A stretch of 64,000 bases of DNA from Methanotrichaceae archaeon (GCA_963754945.1 CAVWIG010000013.1:17352-81351); one strand, 5' to 3'; positions 40,983-52,000 are shown, numbered from the stretch's first letter. The notes: generated by a model from the letters alone, not told the origin. Translations and numbers: made by a program.

Positions 40983-41528
40983 GTGATAAATATAACACAA
41001 AATCGTGCGGCTGTATTCATAGATGGTGCGTATCTTACAAAGATCTTGGATATCGATTTTGGCAAGCCCAAGATAGACCTAGCCAAATTTTCTGATATAC
41101 TATGTGGCGACTATGAGCGTCTCAGGACGTACTATTATACCTGTATGCCCTATCAGAGCTGTCCTCCGACGGAAGATGAGCGCAGAAGGTTTTCATCCAT
41201 GGACAAGTTCGTCTACACCCTCAAGAAGCTTCCCAGGTTCGAGGTGAAGCTGGGAAGGTTGGGGTGCGTCGCCGGGGAGTACATACAGAAGAGGGTTGAC
41301 ATAGCTCTGGCGGTTGATCTGGTAAGATTGAGCAGCATCAGGTCGATAAGCAAAGCGGTGATGGTGACAGGAGATAGCGATTTCGTTCCAGCGATCGAGG
41401 CGGCGAAAGACCTAGGAGTCCTGGTGGAGCTGTACTATTCACCAAGCTCGATACACGATGAACTTCTATCCGCAGTGGACCAGAGCTTCATGATGGACGA
41501 AGTGCTGATCGAGCAGGTAGTACGGTAG
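40983..41528 (+). CDS. NYN-domain (PIN-like, LabA/DUF88) putative RNase
   Basis: FIDGAY, QKRVDIALAVD, TGDSDFVPA. Confidence 0.92.
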   Translation: MINITQNRAAVFIDGAYLTKILDIDFGKPKIDLAKFSDILCGDYERLRTYYYTCMPYQSCPPTEDERRRFSSMDKFVYTLKKLPRFEVKLGRLGCVAGEYIQKRVDIALAVDLVRLSSIRSISKAVMVTGDSDFVPAIEAAKDLGVLVELYYSPSSIHDELLSAVDQSFMMDEVLIEQVVR

Positions 41529-41603
41529 TGCAGTTGTGCAAAAGCCAATTAGGAGAATTAGCTGCAAGTAATTCAAGGCATAAATAGGACCCTCTGGATC
41601 ACG

Positions 41604-42512
41604 TCAGCTGGTCGATCTCGATGGAATCGACGTTTGACTCGTCCGGTAAACGTCGTTCTTAAGATCCAGAAGCCAGGTCTCTTCATCTAGCTTTGAAGTG
41701 TCCTCGTATCTGGAAAGTGCCTCTTTCACGAATCCCGCCAATCCGCCAGGATAATAGGCTTCCAGAGCATCGAGTTCAGCCATTCTCTTCCGGCTAAAGC
41801 CATAGGGCGTTATGTACGTTTCGTACATCTTTCGATACTCCTTAGCTCCTTGTTCTCCCTGGACCATGGGTATCTTGAGGTCAAAGACCTGTTTAGGAGT
41901 CAGGCCAATGTGCTTTACCCTTATGTCTTTCCCCTCAGCGGATTTTGCCTCAGCAATAGCTCTTGCCAGATCCCGACAGAATAAGAAGCTGCTGATGCTT
42001 AGGTCAGAAAGGCATACGATTATGGTTGGTCGATCCGATCGTTGGCAGAGGATTTCTACAGCTTCTCTGTATGGCTTGCTGCTAACTGAGACCAAGGTTG
42101 CCTTGTGCTTAGTGCAGGCAGGAAGGATAAGCTGGTTCAACGCGGACTTGTTTATCCATACTTCCATTCGTGGTTTTGTTGTGTCTTTAGAAGACGTTTC
42201 CGGAAGAAATACCTGCTCTCCCGGGATCTCATCGAGGATAGCGTCTTCGGGTATGAATCCAAGTTTCCTGGCCCTGCTGACCCATTTGGGAAGGCGTTCT
42301 CCGTCGCCTTCTGTATATGGCCTACAGATCCTGATCTCTCCCACTAGTTTGCCGCAGATGGGATAATCAGATACTCCTCTGCGCATCGCAAAGTAGAAAA
42401 GCGCTCTTACCGTAGTCCTGGGGCGGCCGAAATCCTTCAAGGCTTCAGCAACCCATCTTGACTTGGTCCTGTCAGTCTCAGTATCGACAAATGGCTCAGT
42501 CATGATTAGCAA
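41604..42512 (-). CDS. Hypothetical protein with a TOPRIM-like (Topo VI-A-like) domain, acidic motifs partly degenerate
   Basis: TVRALFY, EVWINK (EK expected), CLSDLS (DxD expected), GLT..Q, ELDAL. Confidence 0.6.
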   Translation of the reverse strand: MLIMTEPFVDTETDRTKSRWVAEALKDFGRPRTTVRALFYFAMRRGVSDYPICGKLVGEIRICRPYTEGDGERLPKWVSRARKLGFIPEDAILDEIPGEQVFLPETSSKDTTKPRMEVWINKSALNQLILPACTKHKATLVSVSSKPYREAVEILCQRSDRPTIIVCLSDLSISSFLFCRDLARAIAEAKSAEGKDIRVKHIGLTPKQVFDLKIPMVQGEQGAKEYRKMYETYITPYGFSRKRMAELDALEAYYPGGLAGFVKEALSRYEDTSKLDEETWLLDLKNDVYRTSQTSIPSRSTS

Positions 42513-42868
42513 AGGTCCACTTCTGCTTCATCGCAGATAAATATATGTCCTTTTTACCTGCGCTGCATTAGGATGACTACTCTGACACAAGATAGCAATA
42601 ACTTGGCTATCGATAGCATTAAATCCCGAACATCTTTTAGCAGACTCCGGAGAAACCGATATGGTGGCTACAGCGGCAACACATGCTGACCTCCAAACCC
42701 ATATGGGATCTATTTTGAGTGCCACGTAGCCCACCTTTTAGTGCTTAGGCATAAGCGTGATCTCCACACCTGAATCCAGGTGAACTTAAAAATTATAGAA
42801 CCAGAATCTCTAAATAAAACTAAGTCCTATATCTATACTAAGTTTTTGAATCGTAATTGAGGAAGATC

Positions 42869-43191
42869 ATGAAAGATAAATACCTTACAACGAACCTGGG
42901 AGTTCCCGTTGCCGACAACCAAAATTCACTAATCCTTGGCAAACGTGGACCCGTAAGGCTACCATCTGGATGGAGATGTAGTTCGCCGGAAGATCTGCCT
43001 GACCAATGACTTCGAGCAGGCCTGGCGAACGCTACCGATCCCTTGGCAAGGTCGATCAGGATCATCTGGTGGACAACATCGTCGACTCGCTGAGAAAAGC
43101 GGATAAACCGATTAAGTTGCGCATGGTTGAAAATCTTTCCAAGGCAGACCAAGAGCTTGGCAGGCGCGTGGCTGAAGGGCTTGGAGCTTAA
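42869..43191 (+). pseudogene. katA: Monofunctional catalase remnant (core deleted)
   Basis: MKDKYLTTNLGVPVADNQNSLILGKRGPV joined to DFEQ..GERYRSL..DHLVDNIV...AD.ELGRRVAEGL. Confidence 0.85.
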
Positions 43192-43260
43192 TTGAGATTG
43201 ATCGTTTAGAAACTAAGATGAACATCAGAAAACCAATGTACGTACGAGGAGATTCAAAAA

Positions 43261-43839
43261 ATGAAGAGCCTTAAAGGGTCAAAGACCGAGAAGAATGTAC
43301 TGCTGTCCTTTGCCGGGGAATCCCAGGCAAGGAACAGATACTCATATTTTGCCTCCCAGGCGAAGAATGAAGGCTATGAGCAGATAGCGGCAATATTCCT
43401 GGACACCGCCGACAACGAAAAGGAGCATGCAAAGGTGTTCTTCAAGCTCCTGGAGGGAGGAGAACCCTTAGAGGTTACTGGTGCCTTCCCGCCTGGAATT
43501 ATCGGGGACACCAAGGCCAATCTCAAGGCTGCAGCCGAGGGTGAAATGTTCGAGAACACCAAGCTGTACCCGGGATTTGCAGGCATCGCCGAGGGCGAAG
43601 GATTCCCCGAAATCGCCAGTACCTTCAAACTGATATCCAGCGTCGAGAAAGGGCATGAGAACCGATATCGTGCACTGCTCAAGAACGTAGAGGAGGGCAC
43701 TGTCTTCAAGAAGGGCGGGAAAGTCTTCTGGAGATGCCGCAACTGCGGGTACATTCATGAGGACACAGAGGCTCCGGAGGAGTGTCCGGCCTGCCAGCAT
43801 CCCAGGGCTTACTACGAGGTTTTGGGCAAGAATTACTGA
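43261..43839 (+). CDS. rbr: Rubrerythrin
   Basis: [30 protein letters not shown]. Confidence 0.96.
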   Translation: MKSLKGSKTEKNVLLSFAGESQARNRYSYFASQAKNEGYEQIAAIFLDTADNEKEHAKVFFKLLEGGEPLEVTGAFPPGIIGDTKANLKAAAEGEMFENTKLYPGFAGIAEGEGFPEIASTFKLISSVEKGHENRYRALLKNVEEGTVFKKGGKVFWRCRNCGYIHEDTEAPEECPACQHPRAYYEVLGKNY

Positions 43840-43971
43840 GGAAGAACGCCTAATAGAAAGGCGACCTGATTTTTTTTGAGAATTTTTTGATGATTATTTA
43901 ATTCTAGTGTTTAATTCTGGTGTCTCAGCCAGAGATCAGCGCCGCTTCAACTCTCCAATTTCTTCATTGAT

Positions 43972-44628
43972 CTATTCGCCTATCTCCATCTGGAGGTCCA
44001 CAAGATACTGCTTCAGAACTACTGCCCTTCTCTTAGCGATCCTCCTGGCGGTCTCGGTGTACATCCCGGACTCAAGCTTTAATAGCTTTTTAAAGAAGTG
44101 GTCAAGGTTCCACATTTTGTCGTCCGGAGCCCTGGTCTTGCAGAATGGGTCATCGGGGCTGTAGAATTTTCTTCCCATGGAACCGCCGGTTATGAAGACT
44201 CTCGCTATTCCTATTGCGCCCATTGCATCCAGCCGGTCCGCATCCTGGAGGATCTTGGCTTCCTTTGTGGCCGGAACTATGCCTTTGGAGAAGCGGTGGA
44301 CGTCGATGGCATAAAGGACCTTGTTTCTTAAATCCTCGGGAAGGCTCTTCTTCTTCAGGAAATCCTCTGCAATCCCCAGTCGAAGAGCATCCGATTCTGC
44401 TGATTCCCCGGAAAGCTTTGATTCAGCTCCTACGTCATGCAGGAGGGCTGCATAGAGAAGAACCTGCATGTCAGCACCTTCCGCCTTGCCTATTTTTTGG
44501 GCGTTTTTGTAAACCCTTAATATGTGAGAAAAATCGTGGGCCGAATCTGCTGATTCGTACATCTCCTTGATCTCATCCAGCGTGGTTTCTGCAATGGTTT
44601 CCACATCAAAGTCTATCTCGGAGCACAT
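43972..44628 (-). CDS. HD-domain phosphohydrolase (YedJ-like)
   Basis: AHDFSH, LLHDV, HRFS, QDADRLDAMGAIG. Confidence 0.92.
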   Translation of the reverse strand: MCSEIDFDVETIAETTLDEIKEMYESADSAHDFSHILRVYKNAQKIGKAEGADMQVLLYAALLHDVGAESKLSGESAESDALRLGIAEDFLKKKSLPEDLRNKVLYAIDVHRFSKGIVPATKEAKILQDADRLDAMGAIGIARVFITGGSMGRKFYSPDDPFCKTRAPDDKMWNLDHFFKKLLKLESGMYTETARRIAKRRAVVLKQYLVDLQMEIGE

Positions 44629-44749
44629 CTATGCGAGATTCCGTCCTCAGCATAAATAATCTATCGGGAGAGCGGATTGATGTGATTGATACTACAGATA
44701 ATGAGCAATTGAATCCAAACTGTGACTGACTGCTATCAAGGTCTCGACA

Positions 44750-45769
44750 CTATTCTACACTATAATTCAATCCTTCTGCCTTGGCAATCTGGGCCAGGTA
44801 ATCCTGAACAGACTTCTTATGGCCATTCTGGCTTGCCAGCCTCTGAATCTCTCTCATCACGCCGCTACCGTATTGCATGGCTTTCTTCTCGTATTGAGCT
44901 ATCGAGTGTGGAAGGTATCTCTCTGCTACATCCCTAAGAGGCAGCTTTCTAACTCCTCCACACACCTTCTTTTCAGGCGGGATGGCGCGGGCTGCCTGTA
45001 CGACTCTCACATCCATGTAGGGCAGCGAGAAGGACGTGTTATGAAGTGCAGCCACTGCCTGATCCCTGGCAAGCTGGATGGGAAGGCCAAGAAAATCTCT
45101 CTCAAGATCCTGGCAAAGGGTGTCCGTTTGGAGATAGCGCGCGTATCCGCCAAAGAGCTCGTCTGCGCCCTGGCCTGCGAGGATGCGCCTGTAGCCGTGG
45201 CTTCCTGCCCATTCGGCGACGAAGTACAGGGTTGTAGCAACTGATGCATTCACAGGGTCTATCTTGGGAATAACACGCAGAACCTGGACCAATGCTGCCT
45301 CAATCGATCCCGGGTCTACAACTACCGTGTTTAGGCACAGTCCAAGCTCGGTTGCCACCTGCTGCGCCCGTCCCAGGTCGTGAGAACCGGCGACTCCTAC
45401 GGCAATGCACTCTCGCCCGGCCAATTTGGCAACCAGGGCTGAATCAACACCACCTGAGAGTGCGACTACGCCTTCATCGCTCCTGAGCCTGACGGCTATC
45501 TCGATTGCCTCGCCAAGATCCATCTGAGGATATTCCGGATCTACTCTACAGGCATCTTTCCCTTTGCAGACAACTGTTCCAGCAGGGGAGTCTCCGACCA
45601 TAATCCCAAAGTGGTCGCGTGCCGTGCATCCGTTCCATTTTAGGAAGAACTCGCCCCCGAATCTCGAAATCGCGCCGGGATTTTCTAAGAGAATAGTCTT
45701 CAACTCATCATAGGAGAGCCGTTTTCCTTCCAGCTCAATCCAGCCCTTAAGCTCAATATTAGAAACCAT
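44750..45769 (-). CDS. Asparagine synthase-related protein (C-terminal synthetase domain)
   Basis: ARDHFG, LSGGVDS, GQGADELFGGY, KKAMQYGSG. Confidence 0.88.
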   Translation of the reverse strand: MVSNIELKGWIELEGKRLSYDELKTILLENPGAISRFGGEFFLKWNGCTARDHFGIMVGDSPAGTVVCKGKDACRVDPEYPQMDLGEAIEIAVRLRSDEGVVALSGGVDSALVAKLAGRECIAVGVAGSHDLGRAQQVATELGLCLNTVVVDPGSIEAALVQVLRVIPKIDPVNASVATTLYFVAEWAGSHGYRRILAGQGADELFGGYARYLQTDTLCQDLERDFLGLPIQLARDQAVAALHNTSFSLPYMDVRVVQAARAIPPEKKVCGGVRKLPLRDVAERYLPHSIAQYEKKAMQYGSGVMREIQRLASQNGHKKSVQDYLAQIAKAEGLNYSVE

Positions 45770-45939
45770 GAAATCGCAATTTATAGTCTTACAATGGTAT
45801 CCAAATAACTATCGTCGTGTGGGCAGGCGTCGGAGAAGATTACATTCCATGACAGAGTCATGATTTTCAGCACAATTCTCAATTCCTAACATTGGATTGA
45901 CTGTTCTATAGAATAAGGCAATCAAATTTAATGTGCCTT

Positions 45940-46230
45940 TGCCATCAGAACTTTTTCGACTCATTTTTCAAGTTGCTAACACCTCGACGTTTCAATCCTT
46001 GTCTTCGTGGATCGTGCTCTCGAAGCGTTTTATGCAACTTCCGACCTTATCAGAACTATAACGTTGGTAATCTTAGCAATTATTCTTCATCCTTGGAGCA
46101 ACCTTCGAGAAAGCTGATTCGACCCAGTGATTCCACGTGTTCTTGAAGTCTGGTGATCTTCAAGTTTCCTTCGTTTCCTTATGCTCCAGATCCTTCGACG
46201 CCCCCTGAAGTAGATGCGTCTTTTTGAGCA
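45940..46230 (+). ncRNA. Candidate structured RNA H (strand tentative)
   Basis: aagttgc/gcaactt, ccgac/gttgg, tggagca/tgctcca, cttgaag/cttcaag and gacgc/gcgtc. Confidence 0.4.
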
Positions 46231-46311
46231 AAGTTTTATTACAATCAAGAGAATAATATGGGTGTTGGCAAGAATTCAAACATCACAGAGTTTGCGGGAA
46301 GTCGGTTCTAA

Positions 46312-47839
46312 GTACTTGCTCAATAATCAGTTGATTTTACTAGCACTGAGAATGAGATCGGATAACTTTGGCATAGAATAACTATCTGAGAATATATCAT
46401 AAAGATATTTGTAAAAGCTTATTCCGAGCTTCCTGCAAGTATCGATTATAGAGAGCATGTTTTCCCATGCAAGCTTGCCGAGTTCACTTCTTGTTCCATA
46501 ACTGATTTTTCTCTTGATCACACCTTCTCGCACAGCTATCTCTGCGAGATTGTTATGAAGCGGAACATTTGGAAAATCCAACACCAGCAACAACTCTTGT
46601 TTCTTTTTCTTAGTCTTTGTAATGCGATCATCCAACGTCCCGTAACCAGTTACTGTCGAGAATATCGAATCAAACCTCTCCTGGACATACTTACTCATAA
46701 TTTTATTAGGATTCTCCTTATATTGTGTAAGCAATTCATAGAACTTCCAAAGCTCAGTTAAAAACATATTAAGAACCGACTTATGATGAATTAGAAAAGG
46801 ATTCATCTTTTTGTAGTGTCGTATTTCATGTATCCAGCACAGAGCATGGTGTGACGATACATCTATGTACTGCCCGGCATCATCCGAGATAATGGGTAAA
46901 TCTATCTGCTCCTCATCATTTAGCCCAAAGAAATGTCTGATTGTATCACTTCCTTTGGTTTGCCTGATAAAGAAAGCACTAAAGAACTTGTTGCAGACAA
47001 CGTGCAAATAATGGTTATTGCCTTTATGCCTCGCGCCTGTCTCATCAATGTTAAGATAATCAGCCCGATTCACACCAGTTTCAAATAAGGCCTGCTTCTC
47101 TATCGCATATGCATTGCTCTTTTCCTTGGTCAGTATGTTTGAGATCTCGCCTTCCGAGATTATTATGCCGATCTCTTCTAGGATCTTGTGGATCCTATTC
47201 TCAGTAACCCTTCCAGCATAGTAGAGGTAAGCGATGAATGCTTTCAGATGACTTCCAAATTCCGTGTTCTTAAGGGACTCGGCAAGTTCTGCTTCATAGG
47301 TCTTTTTCAGGGACGGCGAATAGTAGCGTTCCAACCAATATTCCACGTTGTCGGTTTCAAATTTTATGTTCTGCTTTATGACCCGTCTATAGCCGTTATG
47401 CTTGGCATCATGTGGAAGAATCGATTTATCAATTTTAATGTATTCTGTCCTGTCGATTTTTATCTTTGGTTTCTTGCTATCTTTATGCCATTTTTTGGGT
47501 TTTTCCTTCGGCACATTAGCCTGGTATTCAGGATTGTCCGGCAGTATTTTAGGACGGCCTTTCTCACCTTTCAGCCGGTTTATTTCATCCTTTAGCTGTT
47601 GATTGTCTTTGCGGAGTTCTTGATTTGACTGGGCTAATTGCTCTATTGTGCTTAGAAGCTGGAGGATCAATTCTTTCATCGCTTCTTTATCGTCGAAGTT
47701 GATCTTGTCTACATCGAGGTTGATTATGGCCTCGTGTATGATATCTGGCACAAACAAAATATTTTAGATATATGTATTAATAATTTTTGGTCCATGCACT
47801 CACTCGATTGGGGAATTCAACGTAATATTGAGCAAGTAC
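46312..47839 (-). mobile_element. IS66-family element (second type)
   Basis: IRs gtacttgctcaata / tattgagcaagtac, with 8-bp TSD ggttctaa. Confidence 0.94.
46327..47757 (-). CDS. IS66-family transposase
   Basis: IDETG, SDDAGQY, LCWIHEIR, LHNNLAE. Confidence 0.92.
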   Translation of the reverse strand: MFVPDIIHEAIINLDVDKINFDDKEAMKELILQLLSTIEQLAQSNQELRKDNQQLKDEINRLKGEKGRPKILPDNPEYQANVPKEKPKKWHKDSKKPKIKIDRTEYIKIDKSILPHDAKHNGYRRVIKQNIKFETDNVEYWLERYYSPSLKKTYEAELAESLKNTEFGSHLKAFIAYLYYAGRVTENRIHKILEEIGIIISEGEISNILTKEKSNAYAIEKQALFETGVNRADYLNIDETGARHKGNNHYLHVVCNKFFSAFFIRQTKGSDTIRHFFGLNDEEQIDLPIISDDAGQYIDVSSHHALCWIHEIRHYKKMNPFLIHHKSVLNMFLTELWKFYELLTQYKENPNKIMSKYVQERFDSIFSTVTGYGTLDDRITKTKKKKQELLLVLDFPNVPLHNNLAEIAVREGVIKRKISYGTRSELGKLAWENMLSIIDTCRKLGISFYKYLYDIFSDSYSMPKLSDLILSASKIN

Positions 47840-47889
47840 GGTTCTAAGACATCTAATAGAATTGCTCATGTATTGAGTATATAATAGCC

Positions 47890-48556
47890 ATGGTTCAAAT
47901 TGCGGAGCACTTCATCGCTTTCATCATCGGACTAATGGCATGGCGTATGCTTGTCATAGGTGTTCAAGTTTGGAAGCTCGGCAAAAGATTCGACTTGAAC
48001 CCACAGTTAGGACACCCGGATACTTGTGGAGGCCTGGAACCTCTAGGCAATCTATGTCTTTGGAATGCCCTAATTCTGGCCCTGCCAGGTGTTTTTCTGG
48101 GCGGCTGGATCATCCTTGGGCCAAGTACTAAGTACGGAGACATTTACACCAGCTTATTTTATAAATTGCTCATATTGCCCGTTTCCTGGGGCGGCGATCA
48201 GTTTCTTTCTGCCTTTATGGAGCGTGCACGAAATATTGTTATCCAAGAGGGAAACCATACGATTGCAGCTAGACCAATTGAGCCGATGCATTGACAAATT
48301 GGCTCATCGGATGCTCAATCACGCACATGAGCTTGAGCCAGAAGAGAGTGAGAAGATGGCCAAGAAATTGGAACTTATGCAGCAGACTTACCAGCAGAAC
48401 AAAGATTACCCAGTATGGCCTTTCAACTACGAGATTTTGAAAAAACTGGCCTTGTCTCAGACTGTGCAGGTTCTGAGCCTGACGGGTCTAGGAAAGCCTA
48501 TACTTGACGCAGTCAAGATCGTTGTAGATCTTCTCAATGGTCTGTCGAAACCGTAA
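47890..48556 (+). pseudogene. Frameshifted membrane protein, C-terminal remnant
   Basis: Overlapping ORFs 47890-48294 and 48089-48556 join at a G run (HPDTCGGL...YPVWPF). Its 5' part lies next to the IS66 insertion. Confidence 0.6.
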
Positions 48557-48696
48557 GACGAGCCAAATATCTAAAGAAGCTGTAATTGACTAATCCATAA
48601 GTACCGCAAGAAGCTGCAGTCCTGCTTTACTCACCTGGAACCGATACTTTCCTTAAGGATACGACCAGAAATGCCTGCATGGTATCCTATTCCGAC

Positions 48697-49882
48697 TAGT
48701 GCACCATAACATTAATTTTGCAAATTAATATAATGCCTGTTTAGCTTTAATCTTGCATCATTCTTCGTGAATTTCCATCTTACAGTAGTTTTTTTTGCGT
48801 TACGTTCTTGTGCCCACACCGAAGCCTCTTTGGTTAAAGTATCGATGTCTCCAATCCGACGATCGAGGCATTGCTTCGATAGGGCTGAGAGTTCTATCTC
48901 AGCCATGTTGAGCCAGCTACCTTTCTTTGGCGTATAATAATATTCGAACTCCTTAGCCAGCTCAAACGCCTCTTCAGGCGCAAAAGCATTATAAAATGAG
49001 CCTGAAGTATGCGTATTGAGATTATCCTGGACCAATCGAATGGATTCTACACCTGGATATTGCTGGGTAAGTTCTTTCATGAAATGGGCGTAGTCCACCC
49101 TTGTCCTGTGCTCCATGACACGAATCATTCTTTTTCCTGCATGAAGATCAAAAGCAATAAGGATGCAACATGTCCCGTTACGGACGTATTCATAATGCAC
49201 CTTCTTCGGACTGCCTGGTTTCATGGGTATAGGCACTAAGACATCGCCTATCAGTTGGCATGGCCTCTCGTCGAAACAAACCACAGGATGCCTCGGATCA
49301 TATGGTTGCTCGTACAGAGTTAATACATTTTCCATGTTCCAGATATATTCGCTCGTCATGCTCCCTATGCACCATCGCTGTTTGAGCCATGGCTTTATTT
49401 CATTTTTTTTAACGCTCTGCAAACGCTCATTCCTGAGATCGAGTCCACTTCCCCCAGCTCAACAAGCTTGTCGGCCAATAGATTCAGCGTCCATCTCGAT
49501 CTGCCTTCAGGCGGATCTGAGCAAGCAATGCCGGTCAGTTTAGCCTCAACTCGTGCATCTATCTTCGGAGGCGCTCCACTGCGAGATCTTTCATTCAATG
49601 CAGATTCCAGGCCACCCTCGAAATATCTCTTTCTTATCCTCACTATTGTCGTTCTGCTCGCCTTCAATGCATCAATGATCTCCGCATCGGATTGCCCTTC
49701 GTCGGCCAGGAGCAGTATTCTTGCGCGAGTTAAACTCCTTGCAGACGACTTCCCACGACGGATGTACTGGTTCAACTCTTCTCGTTCTTTCTCTTCCAGT
49801 TTCACACAGAATTTTGTTTTTCTTGCCACGATCTATATTCTAGACCTTTTATAAGATTTAAAACTTGCGTTATGGTGCACTA
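48697..49882 (-). mobile_element. IS630-family element (coordinates include the duplicated TA)
   Basis: tagtgcaccataac / gttatggtgcacta; the reconstructed target is CTAG. Confidence 0.94.
48712..49829 (-). CDS. IS630 transposase in two ORFs, joined by a probable programmed frameshift
   Basis: HTH ORF 49395-49829 and DDE ORF 48712-49422 (FDER, QDNLNTH, WLNMAE) overlap at an A-rich run. Confidence 0.9.
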
Positions 49883-50055
49883 GTACCAAGAGCTACGACG
49901 AAGCTTATTTCGAAAGCTTATCCAAAGGCGCCGAAGATCCAGACGACACTGGAAAGACTGGACGTGCAGCTAGGGCAAATGCAGCCCGGGGGATAGGCGG
50001 ATAGTGCCTATCCGGGCTCAACAGCACTAGTGAGTCGTGGTCTTGGAATTAGATT

Positions 50056-52000
50056 CTATTGTGAGGCCCCCTTGGCCAACCCTATGAAGAACATTCTCCA
50101 GAACTCCGGAAACCGCATACCATCTCGGCGGTTTAATGGATCATTCGCAACCCGCTGACCCCAGCGGCCACGGTAGCCTGTTTGTAAATCGTCACTAGGC
50201 CACCAGATCTGTACCATGCGGTCTACGATGAAGTTGTAAGTGCGGCCACCGATTGAGACGTTCTCATTGGCGGTCCAGTCCACGAATTCGGCTCCAGGAT
50301 CAGTAAGAGTTAGGCCCATCGGACGGACCACTTTTCCGAGGTTACCAGGCGCAGGCGTAACATCCGGCTCCGCGTTCGTGTCTGGAGAACTACCGACTAC
50401 TCCTATACCTTCTCCTAGAATTGGAATGCCTGGATCAGGCGCTTCCAACACACTCCAGATACCAACTGCAATATAGCCAGGAAGGCCACCTAGCATAAGG
50501 CCACCGATCATCTTCGCCAAAACAGCAGCATCACTAGGCACCTGCGACAGACTCGGATCATCATTTTCAAAGGTAGGGCCGTCAAACTGACCACAAGGCA
50601 TTGTTGGAAATGCCTCCGGAGGATAAGGATCCACAACAAAAGTGCCCGGCTGGAGATAAATGCTGTGAGTATCCCGCGCAACGAATAGTTTTGGATTATC
50701 ATTGATTGTATCGGGCAGCAACGTCTCGTGAACGTCCATCTTGAAACGCCATCTCTGGACGGTCATGCCAATACGACTGTCTGGGTCCAAACCTTGTGCT
50801 GTTCCCAGGTTTCGGCGCCCAGTTAAGCCTATAAACTCCGGTTGGAAAGTTTCGGTTCTCATTAGCACGCCCAAGGAGAATAGCCATGCAAGCCCATTCA
50901 CCGGCGAAGCTGGATAATTCTCGCCCAGTTTCAGTTTGATCGCAAGGCGGTGCAAGCGACTCTTCATGAGCCGGGAAGAAGAAATAATAGCAGAGAAGAG
51001 CTGGGTTCAGAACCGGCGGATTTAGGGTCCCCAAATTGCCGATGACCTTGCTTAAATCCAGAGTACCCGCTCTAGGTATGCTCATGAGTAACCTCAGCCG
51101 GACGGTATCGAACAGCTCTGCATGGTACCAGAAGCGGCTGTTATTAAGGTCGGCGTTTGTATTGTAGAGGTTATCCAACTTGTCGCGGTTAGAATATAGA
51201 TTCTCGCTAGTTTTGGTGACCCCCGGAGAATCCTTCCCGCCAGTGTCTTTCCAACCAGTAAGTTCGAGAAATGTTCCTCGGTGCTGCTATCGATAAGGAA
51301 AGAAGGAACGTCAAGAAATTTATCCCCCGGTGATACTTCCGCATTAGACGCTGCGATCTTGTTGTGATCAATAAGCATTCCCCAGGCATCCTTCCTATCA
51401 AATCGAGCCCCTGCAAATGAAGAATTAGCCTTCCACAGTGCGCAATGTTCGATGTAGCGCTTCGCATCGGATGGAAAAAACTTCTCTTCAGGATGGAAAT
51501 AAAGTATCGGCTCAAATCGGCGGACTAGATCAATTATAGTCTTTAACGCAACTATGAATCCTACAGTAATCCAGGGGCCGCCTGGAGCCCGATGAGGTAA
51601 ACCAGTGACCGAGTGAATTGCAGAATTGATTTCATCAGTGTTTAGCGTGGGTGTCGTGGACTTTCCGCGAAAGGCTGCATGAAGTACGCCCTGGGAATCA
51701 AAGAAGAACATGAAGGATGAGTCTCCCGCGATGATCATCTGTGGGCGGTTGTACGGGTCAATCCGCAAGGTTGCCTCGACCTTAATTCCGTCTATGGGCG
51801 CCCAGGCAGAACTCCAGGGAACTCTGACGCGACTATCTGTTCGGGAAAAAGGCTAACGCACCTGATCCGGGTGCAACACCATCTTTCAAGAAGTCTGTAT
51901 CTATCGTATTACCGTGGCTGTCATAGTCCGAAAGATCAACCGGTAGGCCGTCGAATCCTGAATAGGTGTGGTGTAAAATCAATTCGAAGGTAAGTGTCAT
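50056..52000 (-). pseudogene. Multiply frameshifted gene (LamG-like N-terminus, Vps62-like segment)
   Basis: ATG at 52000 (MTLTFELILHHTY..DLS...GALAF), then overlapping frames with FEPILYFHPEEKFFPSD, YYFFFP, GEWAC and YRGRWG. Domain names are tentative. Confidence 0.6.

Larger units (their letters stand above)
48600..50050 (+). ncRNA. Candidate structured RNA I, split by the IS630 insertion
   Basis: aggatac/gtatcct left of the IS. ccaaga-gctacgac/gtcgtggt-cttgg and agccc-ggataggc/gcctatcc-gggct right of it. Confidence 0.4.

Noticed and set aside
41604-42512. Wadjet/JetD-type defence system
   Set aside because: A single degenerate TOPRIM-like gene without jetABC partners.
42520-42790. Further structured element
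   Set aside because: Only short stems (gatagc/gctatc, ccca/tggg), too weak to support without computation.
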